A stretch of 63,748 nucleotides of DNA, filler included, from Octopus bimaculoides (lineage: Eukaryota): assembly GCF_001194135.2 (NCBI RefSeq). It is 5 parts of 4 records of this genome, joined end to end, with 100 filler letters (N's around TTAATTAATTAA, not from the genome) between each part and the next. Parts side by side here need not be neighbours in the genome. Positions count along the whole stretch, not along the records: positions 1 to 23,194 come from NC_068986.1; 4 more parts are not named here. The stretch is one strand, 5' to 3'. Positions 1 to 12,067 of this stretch are shown here, in pieces; the first letter of the stretch is position 1, and every line of letters starts with the position of its first letter. Under the pieces are notes generated by a model. The model searched no databases, was not told the DNA's origin, and saw nothing but the letters and a program-made list of their open reading frames with translations. The translations under genes and the position numbers were made by a program.

Positions 1-194
1 AAACTATTCCACCATTTCAGTATTGCATGTCAAAAGTGAAACAATAATATGTTGCTACTGTAATTTCACATACTTTCACTTTAATACTTTCAATTTCATA
101 CTGAAACTATTAAAATGAAACTATACTCTCACATATATACAGGTATACTATAAAACCCAAGTAAAAAACATTCCCAACAATTCAACTTCTCTGG

Positions 195-515
195 TTGACA
201 TTAACACACCCACCCCCAATAGGGGCCTTCATTCTCACATTTTAGAGCTCCATGAGCTCTATTTTTCAGGAGCAAAATCCTTTTTACAGGTTCCAGAAGA
301 CTGAAATTTTGGAATATGCGCATAAAGATCAATAGTATGGGATACGTGTCTCATGATTACAATTTTTTAGGGTGTGTAAAGAAGGAAAGAACGCTCATGT
401 GCAATTTTGATGAAATTCGAATCATATGTATTCCAGTTCCTTACAGAAAATATAAGAGAAGTCTCATCCTTCAATTGCATGTAACACGAGCAATGCCGGG
501 TATCTCTGTCATTCT
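195..515 (-). mobile_element. Possible Helentron-associated (HINE/DINE-1-like) non-autonomous element fragment
   Basis: The minus strand reads CAGAGATACCCGGCATTGCTCG at 488-509, resembling the 5' subterminal motif of such elements. A CCCC-AATA-GGGG stem-loop motif sits at ~213-225 and recurs at ~1141-1153. Recognised by resemblance only. Confidence 0.3.
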
Positions 516-1289
516 TTAAATAACTCTCAAAAATCGTAATTCTTTAAATCCTTGCAATATTCTCTCCCTGTTTCATAACTCATGTGTTCCCATACTTTGC
601 CATGATTTCCTCAGTGATCTCTCTCTCTCTAAAATTTGTAAACATTCTCAAATGTTTACAAATTGTGTATTTCTCGTTCTTGTAATGTTTTCCCCCAGTG
701 ATAAAGTCTTTCAAGTCTCTGTCTGTCTGTCTCACTAGTGTCTTCTTACTGCTATTTCTGTTTTCTGAGGCAAAGCTGGCCATTGCTTGTCAGCAATACA
801 CCCACCCATTCCTGCCCCCATCACCTATAATTGAAATCTCTTATACCGGAGACCCTTACAGGGCCCTGCTTCGCTTCTGTACCAGAAGACTTGTATACCT
901 CTGTCCGTCCCTCCCCACCACCACCACCACCAATTATCTACACTACTGCATGCATTAAAAGGAAATGTGTTACTTAGTAAATTAACAAACCACCTACCTC
1001 TTTCTCTGTATAATGGACTAACCAATAGCAGCTCATTTACTTACTTAATTTAAACATTGACCTATTTATATTTGCAGCTGTAATGCTTATATTTACAATA
1101 CTAATAACATTTATATTTACAATGCTTACATTACACTCACCCCCCAATAGGGGTAACAATTTTAACATGTTTGAATGATGGTAGGTTTAAGTGTGAACAA
1201 CTGATGTGATATGTCTGTTATCAAATGATCATTGAAACCTTCTTTTCAGGTGTTGAATGCCATCTCTCTTTCCCATGTTCCCTCCCACG

Positions 1290-3750
1290 TTCCTTTCCTA
1301 GTTTTCAGAGTTTGTACTGTCAATGAGGGCACATTGATAGGTAGTCTAGTGAGATTGTTGAGATACTTGAACAAAGGCGTGTTGATGTATGTTGCATCCA
1401 AGAAGTAAGGTGGAAAGGAGCTTCAGCCAGATTCCTCACAAGCAAGACACATAGGTATAAACTCTTCTGGGAGAAGTAGTTTGCCTATGTTCAGTGACAT
1501 GAGGACCAAAGAACTGAAGCGTTTTGGATTGCAAGACTGTATGAGAAAATTGTGACATCGTAGGAGAGAAATGTGTCCACATGGATAATGGTGCACTTGC
1601 ATTTAACAATTCTGCAAAGAAAGAGGCTTGGAAATGCCATTATGAAAGACTGCTGAAAGTGGAGAATGAATGGGAGGAGGATAGTCTGCCAAGTATTGAT
1701 CCAGTTGAGGGACCAGCTACCTGAATTAGCAGTACTTGGTAAATAAAGCGATTAAGGGAAAACAGCCCCTGGCTCATCAGGAATCACCGCTAAGATGCTT
1801 AAAATATCTGGCAGTGTGGGTTATGGTCTAGTCACCTGTATTGTAAGTCATACCCAATGACTGGTGTACCAGCACCATAGTCAACTGCTACAAAGGTAAA
1901 GGTGATGCCTTAGATAGAAATAATTACAAAGATATCAAGTTGTTGGATCAGGTAATGAAGATCATGGAGAGGGTCATAGCCCAACTAATTAGGGAAAGTT
2001 AGTCTCGATGAGATGCAGTTTGCTTTTGTGCCAGGGAGAAGCACTATTGATACTACATTTCTGGCAAGGCAGCTGCAGGAGAAATACCTAGCCAAAGATA
2101 AACCTCTGTACTTGGCTTTTGTTGACTTGGAGAAAGCCTTTAACAGGGTCCCCCAATCCCTTATCTGGTGGTCAATGTGGAAACTAGGGATGGATGAGTG
2201 GTTGGCGAGAGCTGTACAAGTCATGTACAAGGACACTGCCAGTACAGTGAAGGTTGGCAACGAGTACAGCAAAAAATTCAGGGTACAAGTAGGGGTTCAC
2301 TTAGGATTGGTCCTCAGTCCCCTTTTGTTCATTGTAGTCCTCCAGGCAATAACAGGAATTTAAGACAGGCTGCCCCTGGGAGCTCCTCTATGCTGATGAC
2401 CTTGTTCTTATTAGCTGAATCCCTACCAGAACTAGAAAAGAAGTTCCAAGTATGGAAGCAACGTCTACAATCAAAGCGCCTTAGAGTTAACCAAGCAAAG
2501 ACCAAAATCTTAGGAAGTAGAAAGGCAGATAAATCACAAATCCCTCCAGGTAGATGGACCTGCTCAATCTGTGGAAAAGGTGTAGGTAGAAACTCCGTAA
2601 GATGGACCCAGTATAAGCTTTGGACACATAAGAGGTGCAGCAATATCAGAGGAAGGTTAACAGAGAAAATAGATTTTGTATGTAGAATATGCACAGGTAC
2701 AATAAACACCAAAAATGTACAGAAAATAGACTCCATCAAATGCCAGTGGGGTAATCTAGAGGTAGTAGATAGCTTCCGTTATCTAAGTGACCAATTTAGT
2801 AGTGGAGGTGGATGCTCTGAGAGTGTAGCTGTGAGGATAAGATTAGGCTGGGCAAAGTTCAGAGAGCTCCTACCTCTACTGGCAACAAAGGGCCTCTCTC
2901 TCAGAATGAAAGGCAGATTGCATGATGCCTGTGTGTGAACAGCTATACTATATGGCAGTGAAACATGGGCTGTGACAGCTGAGGACAGGCACAGACTTGA
3001 GAAATGAAGCCAGTATACTTCATTGGATGTATAATGTGAATGTGCATGTTCGACAGAGTGTAAGCATCTTGAGCGAGAAGTTGGTCACAAGAGGCATCAG
3101 ATGTGGTGTGCATGAGAGACGACTGCGCTGGTATGGTCATGTGATACATATAGATGAGGACAGCTGTGTAAAGAAGTACTGATCTCTACCTGTGGAGGAA
3201 ACCTGGGGTAGAGGTAGACCCAGGAAGACATGGGATGAGGTGGTGAAGCATGATCTTTGAACTTTGGGCCTCACAGAGGCAATGACTAGTGACCGTGACC
3301 ATTGGCAATGTGCTGTGCTTGAGAAGACCCATCAAGCTAAGTGAAATCATAGTTGTGGCTGATGTTGGTGTCACATAACTGGCACCCATGCCAGTGGCAC
3401 ATAAAATGCACCTTTTGAGTGTTGGGCCTCATGGAGGCAAAGTGGCTGAGCTCCTTTCTAGGGTTGGGCCTCATGGAGGCAATGACTGAGACCTTTGGCA
3501 TTATGTTGTACTTGAGAAGACCCATCAAGCCAAGTAAAATCGCAGTTGTGGAAGATACTGGTGTCACACAAATGGCACCCATGCTGGTGGCATGTAAAAG
3601 CACCCATTACACTCTCAGAGTGGTTGGCATTAGGAAGGGCATCCAGCCATAGCAACCATGTCAAATCAGACTGGAGTCTGGTGCAGCTTGCCAGCACTGG
3701 TCAAACAGTCCAACCAATGCCAGCATGGACAACAGACATTAAATGATGCT
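1290..3750 (+). mobile_element. Degenerate RTE-clade LINE: endonuclease N-terminal fragment, internal deletion, reverse transcriptase, 3' UTR
   Basis: EN start VDVCCIQEVRWKG at ~1380-1420. RT motifs QFAFVPGRSTIDTTF..LAFVDLEKAFNRVP (ORF 2013-2363) and YADD at 2389-2400. C-terminal GSETWA, RRLRWYGHV and GRPRKTW. Multiple stops and frameshifts. The 3' UTR has internal repeats and ends in a TGA-rich tail. Confidence 0.9.
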
Positions 3751-3780
3751 GATGTGTGTATGTATGTATATATATACACA

Positions 3781-3818
<38 letters not shown>

Positions 3819-3859
3819 CATATACACACACACATGCACACACATGCACATGTATGCAT

Positions 3860-4085
3860 ATATCTATGTGTATATCTGTCTATCTTTGTGTTTGTCCTAC
3901 CACCACTGCTTGACAACCAGTGTTAGTGTGTTTACATCCTTGTAACTTAGTGGGTCTGCAAAAGAGACCAATAGAATAAGTACTATGCTTTAAAAAAATG
4001 AGTCCTGGGGTTGATTTGTTTGACTAAAATCCTTCGAGATGGTGCTCCAGCATGACTGCAGTCAAATGAATGAAAGAAGTTGAAG
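3860..4085 (+). mobile_element. SINE family A, 3' half
   Basis: Matches the TTGACAACC..GTAACTTAG..AGAATAAGTAC..GGTGCTCCAGCATG..GCAGTCAAATGA consensus seen many times in the window. Confidence 0.75.
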
Positions 4086-4121
4086 GTCAAAAATAATTAA
4101 ATAAAAGTATAAATAAACGTT

Positions 4122-4155
<34 letters not shown>

Positions 4156-4289
4156 GCTTTGCTTTGCAAACGTAAATCCATGAATAGAGGAAAAAGTTGA
4201 CTATGTTAATAGTAGACACGTTTGTGGTTGTGTAGACTAATAAATGTTATGCAGACCAAGCCTTAGCAACTGCAAGTGAAATTCTATCC

Positions 4290-4880
4290 AGAAGTCAGTG
4301 CTGCTGTGTCATGTTTCTTCCTCAGTCTTCTTTTGAATTCAAAGTCAGCCCTGCTGGCATTCTTGAAGGAGATGTCAAACTAGGGATGGTATGTCCTCAA
4401 ACTTCACAATTAATGGACAACTATTGCTCAATGTGACATGCACCAAGGGTTTTGTTCAGGGCAACTTTGTGTCTTTTTCTTGTGAGCTCCTCTAACATAG
4501 TGGTCAGTGCAGGGTTCACTATACAATCTAGGGCAGGTGATGGCTCTCCATTGTGGAAGTGTGTCCTCCACAACAGAGCTGTGACTTTACAGTATGGCCT
4601 TGGTGCTTGTGGTTTCTGCTATATATGTTGGTAATATATATTAGTGGATGATGTAAATGTAGCTCTGTTGGAAGGAGTTGTAGGTGGTAATGGTAGATAT
4701 TCATGATTCAGAGCTATACAAGAGGATGATCTGTACAATGGTTCTGTACATACTGATCTCTGTGTTTTTCCTCAGGTGTTTGTGACTCCAGATGTCTTTG
4801 TACAGTCTGTTGACTGTACTGTACTGTTTGCTTCTGTCAGTCTGTTGTCTACCTCTTTGACAATTTTGGCATCAGGTGAG
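4290..4880 (-). mobile_element. Decayed BovB-type RTE LINE, 3' fragment
   Basis: The minus strand translates in pieces as DAKIVKEVDNRLTEAN..NRLYKDIWSHKHLRKNTEISMYRTIVQIILLYSSES..KTLGACHI, the typical BovB ORF C-terminus. Distinct from the 1290-3750 RTE family. Confidence 0.75.
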
Positions 4881-5208
4881 ATGATGATGATGCATTCTAG
4901 AAAGCTGAACTCTTGGTCATCCAGTTGTAAATTGATACTTCAAGATGTCCTGTTCAACCCATGCCAGCATGGAAAAGCTGTAATAAAAAGTGATAATGAT
5001 GATGTAATGAGCTATGAAATATTTGACATTTATATTCATTACTTTGGAATTAGTCATATAAGATATAAACCTAATATTTCACAACTATGTCAAAGTTGTT
5101 TGATATTTCTCTAGACCATTATTATTATTATTATTAATTCATGTTTATATCAAATACGTCCATTATTTCTCAAGTCATTGAAGCAATAAAGGGGCTTTAG
5201 GGAGAGGA

Positions 5209-5560
5209 TCATTGAAGGAAAGAGAGATTGAGGGTCATGGAAGTGGGGGAAAAGAAGGAGAGTGAGAGTGTTGTGCCAGAGAAACTGTGACGAGAGGACA
5301 GCTGGAGAAGTAGAATCAAGGGTGGGCAGCAGTGGGGGAATGCAGTGAGAGCAATGAGAAAGGAGAAGCTGGAGGGTATTGTAGAGATGAAGGGTAGAGA
5401 ATAGAGGATGAATGCAGTGAAAGCATCCCAGGCTTGAGAAGCTGTAAGTGAAGACAGAGAAAGAGAGGTTAAGAGTAGGGGAGCTGTAAGTGAATACAGC
5501 AAGAACATAATGGTTTTAGACTTCCACCTTTCTTCTTTATGTAGTCTGTCTTGATCTCTA
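5209..5560 (-). mobile_element. Possible highly decayed Penelope-like fragment
   Basis: Purine-rich block whose minus strand weakly resembles the RT-to-endonuclease linker of the element at 33335-35085 (shared CACAGTTTCT motif). Confidence 0.25.
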
Positions 5561-5751
5561 GTGTAGCAAGAGGCTGACTTAACCAAAATAAAAAAAGTAT
5601 TATTAATTCTTCTTTACCATGCTGTGGAGTTTTCTTTCTTCTAACAATCAACTTTAAATGGACACACACACACACACACACACGTACGTTAGGCTTCTTC
5701 CACCATATGGTTCTAAAGGGAATTTCTTAACAATACTGCGATAACTACATT

Positions 5752-5890
5752 ACATCGTTGTTTAACGTCCGCTTTCCATGCTAGCATGGGTTGGACGATT
5801 TGACTGAGGACTGGTGAAACCAGATGGCTACACCAGGCTCCAATCTGATTTGGCAGAGTTTCTACAGCTGGATGCCCTTCCTAACGCCAA
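5752..5890 (-). mobile_element. Short repeat corresponding to the RTE 3' tail (family F), young copy
   Basis: The reverse complement matches TTAGGAAGGGCATCCAGC..CAAATCAGA.TGGAG.CTGG..CCAACCCATGC.AGCATGGAAAGCGGACGTTAAA of the RTE 3' end. Its CpGs are intact. Confidence 0.7.
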
Positions 5891-6197
5891 TATATATATA
5901 TATATATGCCAGCATGGAAGGTGGATATTAAATGATGATGATATATATACACACACATACATACACACAAGTACAGCCCTAGTCAAACCGTTCAGTGCAT
6001 GCCAGTATAGGAAAAAGACACTAAATGATAATGATGATGACAAGCACATAAATGCAAAACAAGGTGGTAAAAAAATAGTTCTTGAATACTGAATCTAGAG
6101 TAATATGCTTTTTTATTAAATCTGAAAAATCTTCACAAACTGTGAAGATGCTTTTGGCTTTAATACAAAAGTATAAGTATATATATATGCGCGCATG

Positions 6198-6249
<52 letters not shown>

Positions 6250-6323
6250 TTTCAACCCTTATGTACATTTATTTTATTCACTTTTTTATTGCAATATTTA
6301 CTTAGTGTTTTATTTCTTTTCAG

Positions 6324-7581
6324 CAGTCACAGTTTCACTCAGGTTCTGAGTTGACTTTGCTTAATAAAGCAGTGCATGACATATCTGACTCGGATGCAAC
6401 TGAAGAACCAGAGTCTCTCCCAGACTCAGAACCTGACTCTGATGTTACAGTTGATCGTGATAACTTAGCATACAATAGTGGTCAAGATCTCTTTTCTGAC
6501 TATTCCAATAACTCTTTTGATAGGGCAGACACTGAAGTCGCACCTTGTCTATCTACAGAACATTTAAAAATAATGTCTTCAAAAAAATCCAGACAAGAAA
6601 CACATGCAATTTCTGAAAGTGATTCTGACTCAGAAAGCGAACAAAATTCTAGAACTAAATACAATTCCAAGCACCATGTCCAGAAGTTATCTAGTTCTGT
6701 CAAAGTCGATTCCAGAAAGCATCACAATCCCTGCCGTGAGAATGGCTCTCGGTCTTCTTCACATGAATCCAGACAGAAAACTAATAAAACAAATCATCAT
6801 ACTCTTCAACATAGCTCTTCTTCATCTTCAAAAGATAGTTCTAATTCTTCTAAAAAATCATCCCATAAACCTGATAGTTCAGCTGTTAACGGGTCAGAAT
6901 TATTTTCAAATCCAGTAAATTTAGGTTATCGTTCGTCTTCTCTGACCAGCCAATCAAACAATTCATTGACATCAAAGAAGACATCACATTGTTCTCCTAC
7001 TCCTCCTCCTAAGAAAACATCCCACACAGAAAAGGCTACTAATCAAAATAATACTTCATCTTCTTTGAACTCAAAACTGCATGATATTTTTGGAAGTGAT
7101 TCTGATGAAGATTTTGTTGTAAATAACAATTCTAGTGATAGCGAGAACGACAGCAGTAGCAACAGTGATGTAAATGGCAACTCACCAGATACAAACTACC
7201 ATAGTCCTATGACACATTCATCATCAAGTCATCATAAAATGTCACCGTCATCTTCACATTCATCTTCTTCATCTCCTGCATCAAGTTCTTCAGATGATGA
7301 TGATAACTCAGGCATTGATAAACATTCGCCAAAATCTAAAATCAAAAGTGTTAAGTCAGATAGTTCTGACATTTCCCCCAAATCCTCCAAAACAAACTCT
7401 TTAGGTAAAAGCTCTGTCACATCAACAACTAAAACTGCCTTAGACAAATTGGTTTCATCATCTGAAGACAGTGAAACTGTTAAAAGGAAACGGCCAGCCA
7501 CACCAACCAAACCTATTTGCAAGTTTGGAACTGCTTGTACAAGAAAAAATCCTACACATTGGGAGGACTTTGAGCACCATG
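6324..7581 (+). CDS. TDP1: TDP1 exon A: Ser/Asp-rich disordered N-terminal region ending in a PBZ zinc finger
   Basis: Polypyrimidine tract plus CAG|CAG acceptor at 6321-6326. Open frame through ORF 6351-7703. Donor G|GTAATT at 7581/7582 (phase 1). KPICKFGTACTRKNPTHWEDFEH at 7509-7577 fits the PBZ consensus. Splices in frame to exon B. Confidence 0.8.
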
Positions 7582-8545
7582 GTAATTATTATGTTATATT
7601 TTCCCTTTTTCTTTGCCCTTTTATTTACTGTTGTTTATCAAAAAAATTGTTCTGGTTGGCTAGAGGTTATATAATTTTTTGTAGTTTATATAGCATTTTG
7701 TAAAATTGCACAGAATTGAAAGCCAAATCTGACAGCTGTGTATCAACAATACAATATTTTCAAGAATGCACCATCAGTGATGTTTCTGGGGTCTCGAGAT
7801 TTCAGCCCTTTCAACATCAGGACACTTTTCCCAGTTGACCCAGCTGGTTTATTNNNNNNNNNNNNNNNNNNNNNNNNNNNNNNNNNNNNNNNNNNNNNNN
7901 NNNNNNNNNNNNNNNNNNNNNNNNNNNNNNNNNNNNNNNNNNNNNNNNNNNNNNNNNNNNNNNNNNNNNNNNNNNNNNNNNNNNNNNNNNNNNNNNNNNN
8001 NNNNNNNNNNNNNNNNNNNNNNNNNNNNNNNNNNNNNNNNNNNNNNNNNNNNNNNNNNNNNNNNNNNNNNNNNNNNNNNNNNNNNNNNNNNNNNNNNNNN
8101 NNNNNNNNNNNNNNNNNNNNNNNNNNNNNNNNNNNNNNNNNNNNNNNNNNNNNNNNNNNNNNNNNNNNNNNNNNNNNNNNNNNNNNNNNNNNNNNNNNNN
8201 NNNNNNNNNNNNNNNNNNNNNNNNNNNNNNNNNNNNNNNNNNNNNNNNNNNNNNNNNNNNNNNNNNNNNNNNNNNNNNNNNNNNNNNNNNNNNNNNNNNN
8301 NNNNNNNNNNNNNNNNNNNNNNNNNNNNNNNNNNNNNNNNNNNNNNNNNNNNNNNNNNNNNNNNNNNNNNNNNNNNNNNNNNNNNNNNNNNNNNNNNNNN
8401 NNNNNNNNNNNNNNNNNNNNNNNNNNNNNNNNNNNNNNNNNNNNNNNNNNNNNNNNNNNNNNNNNNNNNNNNNNNNNNNNNNNNNNNNNNNNNNNNNNNN
8501 NNNNNNNNNNNNNNNNNNNNNNNNNNNNNNNNNNNNNNNNNNNNN

Positions 8546-8634
8546 TTTTGGTATATAAACATTGTATTTTGAGAAATAACCGGTTTCGTGTTGTCTTTTC
8601 AAATTTCTCAAAATACAATGTTTATATACCAAAA
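8546..8634. repeat. Perfect 32-bp inverted repeat with 25-bp spacer
   Basis: TTTTGGTATATAAACATTGTATTTTGAGAAAT (8546-8577) and its exact reverse complement (8603-8634). The left arm abuts the N gap at 7854-8545. Confidence 0.9.
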
Positions 8635-10060
8635 AGATTTTATAACATTTTTCTAACATTTTTCTGACATAATTTAAATATATACTTTAACCATGTAACA
8701 CAAGTCTTCTGTAGTTTTTTCACTCTTATTATCTTTTATATATATATATATATGCAGTCGTGAGAACATATGCGTTTTTATTAGCAAAAATTCACTTCTG
8801 TAAATTGATCAATGACTGAAAACTGGTTAATTCCGCTAGAAAAAGCAAGTTAGGAAATGATTAAGTGATGCTTCAGATTAATTTCTCTGGTGAATTGAAA
8901 CAAAAGGAGTTTCTATGGGGTTGCTTGACTTGCTGGACGTAAACAACCAAATTTCTCTTGAATCACATCCTGCTTTTAATGTAGATAAAGGGGACATTAA
9001 ACACATGGTATGGTTATGGCAGGAACTCCTTTGCTCAAAGGTGCATTTGATCAGTGAGAGATATTTAAGTATATTTTTCTTTTTACCTGAGCTACTGGGG
9101 GATTTGTAGCTTGACTTCCTGGAAATAATAGTTAAATCTCCTTCAAATTACACCCTACCATCTTGAAGAAAGGAGGAACAAATTCCATTGTGTATATGTA
9201 AAATTATATAATGAAATAAAAAGGGAATGGTCTTGGCAGGAATGCTTATGAGAAAATCAGAGCTCAGCATTGAAACCTAGCAAAATGGTAGATCAGTTAT
9301 ATCAACTATATGCAGTAGGGACCTGCACTCCGTAACCTTTTGGATTTTAATGATACTTTTGGAAATGTCATCTTTTTATTGTTGTTGTTTAGCTTCAGGT
9401 CAGCTCTGTTTGATAAGACTTATATTGGAGGTCTTTGAATCACAACCGTTCCAACCTTTTGTATACCAGAGGTCTACATTGCCCATTGGTTCCTTTTCTT
9501 TTATAAGGATGTGATTTGAGGAAATTTGGCTACTATTTCTAGTGAACTAAGCAACTGTGAAGAAGGTTCCTCATTGGCTCCTCTATCTAAAATAAGTTAG
9601 CATGGTGGAATCTATCTGCTACATAGCTGTACTTATGAGAAAAGTTGAACTTAATACAGACCACTTACCAAGCCAACGAGGGGGCCTCTACGTGCTTATT
9701 TTACATGCAAGAAATAATAGACAGGTCTTCTTCAGAGCACAGCTTACTTTCTTATAAAGTTTAATCCATTGAATATTCACACTCTAACCTCTAGCCCACT
9801 GACATATTGTTTTCTCTCTTTACCTTTTTTCACTACTGTTACTATAATGGCCTCTGTACCTCTTGTGTTACATCCAATTCAAGTATCCCAACCAAATTGT
9901 TTTTCCTTCTCTTGTCACCCATATTGTATCCCTCTGATCCAACACTAACCTAAACATTCAGTCCTTTCTTCCCAGAAAGTTGCTTTTCTGAATTTTTCTT
10001 TCTCTGCACATTTTTTTTTCTTTCTGTTTTTATATATTTTCCCAGCACTCATTGACTTCT

Positions 10061-10380
10061 AAGACTCCCTTCGGTCATGAATGACCATGGGATTGCACCT
10101 AGAATGTTCCCTTCCAAGACACAAGTCTGGGCAAGGTTGTTTATGCCCATGTATACCAGCCTCTCCTCTCCGCGCCACCGATGTTATTCAAGGTAAAGTT
10201 AAAGACCGATACAGCTTGGCACCAGTGATCTCACAACTCATTTCTACAGCTGAGTGAACTGCAGCAACATGGAATAAAGTATCTTGCTCAAGAACACAAC
10301 ACAGCCTGATCCAGGAATCAAACTCATTACTTTATAAGTGTGAGCCTGAAACTCTAACCACTGAGCCATGTGCCGTCACA
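10061..10380 (-). mobile_element. tRNA-derived SINE family D, copy 1
   Basis: The minus strand starts GGCACATGGCTCAGTGGTTAGAG..GAGTTTGATTCC (A/B-box-like), then TGTGTTCTTGAGCAAGA.ACTT. Homologous to 10992-11330. Confidence 0.75.
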
Positions 10381-10941
10381 TAAGTCATTGACCTATAACT
10401 ACTCAAAAGTAATGTTAAATGTGCTGATCTCACTAATCTCAGAAGGCTTACAAAAGCCGTTACCACAACCTGTTCTTGCAGATCTAATCAAAAGATCATA
10501 ATATATGTAAAGATGAATTAGCCACTGCTGGAAGGCATTTGATTGTGGATCTGCTCAGTCAAGGATGAGCAAATAACATGTAGTATGAACTCTTGTCTAT
10601 GAGAACAGTGACTCTTAATAATAAATGACTTGGACTGCATTTTCCTATCTAACCATGTCAAAATGGACAATGGACAATCATTATGATTTGTGTGTGTGTC
10701 TCTGCATGCCTTAGCTTTGGCATTATTTCAGTCGTGCTGGTGATGTTTATGTCCTCCATGAAGAAAAGTGTAGCAGCTTAGCAGTTCAATGTTCCCTGCT
10801 TGAGAAACAAAAGTTGACCTCACAAAAATTGCCAATCCAGCTTTCGGATACCACCTCAAGAAGTCACGGCCAACCCATGTCAATGTGAAAAATGTAGATA
10901 TAAAGGTGATAAAGATAATACTGCTGCTGCTGATATATATG

Positions 10942-10991
<50 letters not shown>

Positions 10992-10992
<1 letters not shown>

Positions 10993-11330
10993 AAGATCCC
11001 TGTTGGTTATGAATGACCATGGGATTGCACCTAGAATGTTACCCTCTGAGGCACAAGTTCGGACAGGGTTGTTTATGGAAAACCAGCAGTTACCCATGCA
11101 TACCAGCTTCTCTTCTCCACGCCTCTGATGTTATCCAAGGAAAGACAAAGGCTGATATAGCTTGGTGCCAGTAATGTCACAGCTCATTTCTACAGCTGAG
11201 TGAACTAGAGCAATGTGAAATAAAGTGTCTTGCTCAAGAGCACAACACATAATCCAATCCAGGGTATCAAACTCACTACTTCGTGATTGTGAGCCTGACA
11301 GTCTAACCACTGAGCCATGCGCCTTTACAT
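10992..11330 (-). mobile_element. tRNA-derived SINE family D, copy 2
   Basis: Colinear with 10061-10380 (ATGAATGACCATGGGATTGCACCTAGAATGTT..CTAACCACTGAGCCATG). Confidence 0.75.
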
Positions 11331-11354
11331 ACACATATATATGTAGGTATATTT

Positions 11355-11990
11355 CCTATCAACTGTCCCTCCACCCTTGTTCATCATTCACTGCATTGAC
11401 CTCCCCCCCCCATCTCATATCCTCCATTACTTTCCCTTTGCACACTTATGCAAGTATCCATTCTCTCTCTCCCCTTCCTCTTGCCAACACTCTGTTATAC
11501 TCCCTTATACTTACCTTCTTGTACCTTGAGAGTTTGCTCTGGCACTCCATCACTACCTTCTTTTTATCTCCTTTGCAACTACTCCCACCCATTTTATATA
11601 TATAATGGTGGGAAACCATATATCTCCTCTGTTGCAAGACACTTATGCCTGTCCCTCTATTATACTCTAGCCTCTCTATTCTTAACATAAAGCTGCTTCC
11701 CCCTCTCAAATTCTCCTCTACCCAGTTAATTGTGGGAGCTGTTTTCTTTTCCTTTTTTCCTGTACTTTTCCTGACTTGCAAGTTACTTGGTAACCTCACT
11801 AGTGCTGGTGCCACAAAAAAAGCACTGAGCATGCATTGTAAAGTGGTTGGCTTTAGGAAGGCATCCAACCATAGAAACCATGCTGAGGCTGACACTGGAG
11901 CTTGGCACAGCCCTGCAGCTCATCAGATCCTGTGAAACTGTCCAACTCATGCCAGCATGGAAAAACGAACATTAAATGATGATGATGATA
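11355..11990 (+). mobile_element. Non-autonomous repeat with pyrimidine-rich body and RTE-type 3' tail (family G), copy 1
   Basis: The tail GCAAGTTACTTGGTAACCTCACTAGTGCTGGTGCC..TTAGGAAGGCATCC..CATGCCAGCATGG..ATTAAATGATGATG matches the RTE 3' UTR. The body is homologous to 20400-21020. Confidence 0.65.
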
Positions 11991-12067
11991 TATACATATG
12001 TATATATGTAGAAAGAGCATTAAATAATATTTAATTACAAGTTTCATGATTAAATTTTTATTTGTAG

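Noticed and set aside
545-1025. Minus-strand ORFs 580-783 and 825-1025 as a transposase or gene fragment
   Set aside because: No recognisable motif, and the frames are short and interrupted.
7582-7703. Tail of ORF 6351-7703 (GNYYVIFSLFLCP...)
   Set aside because: Read-through into intron past the GT donor at 7582. T-rich and not in the spliced product.
12046-12067. ATG start of ORF 12046-12348
   Set aside because: It lies in the polypyrimidine tract. The exon starts at 12068.
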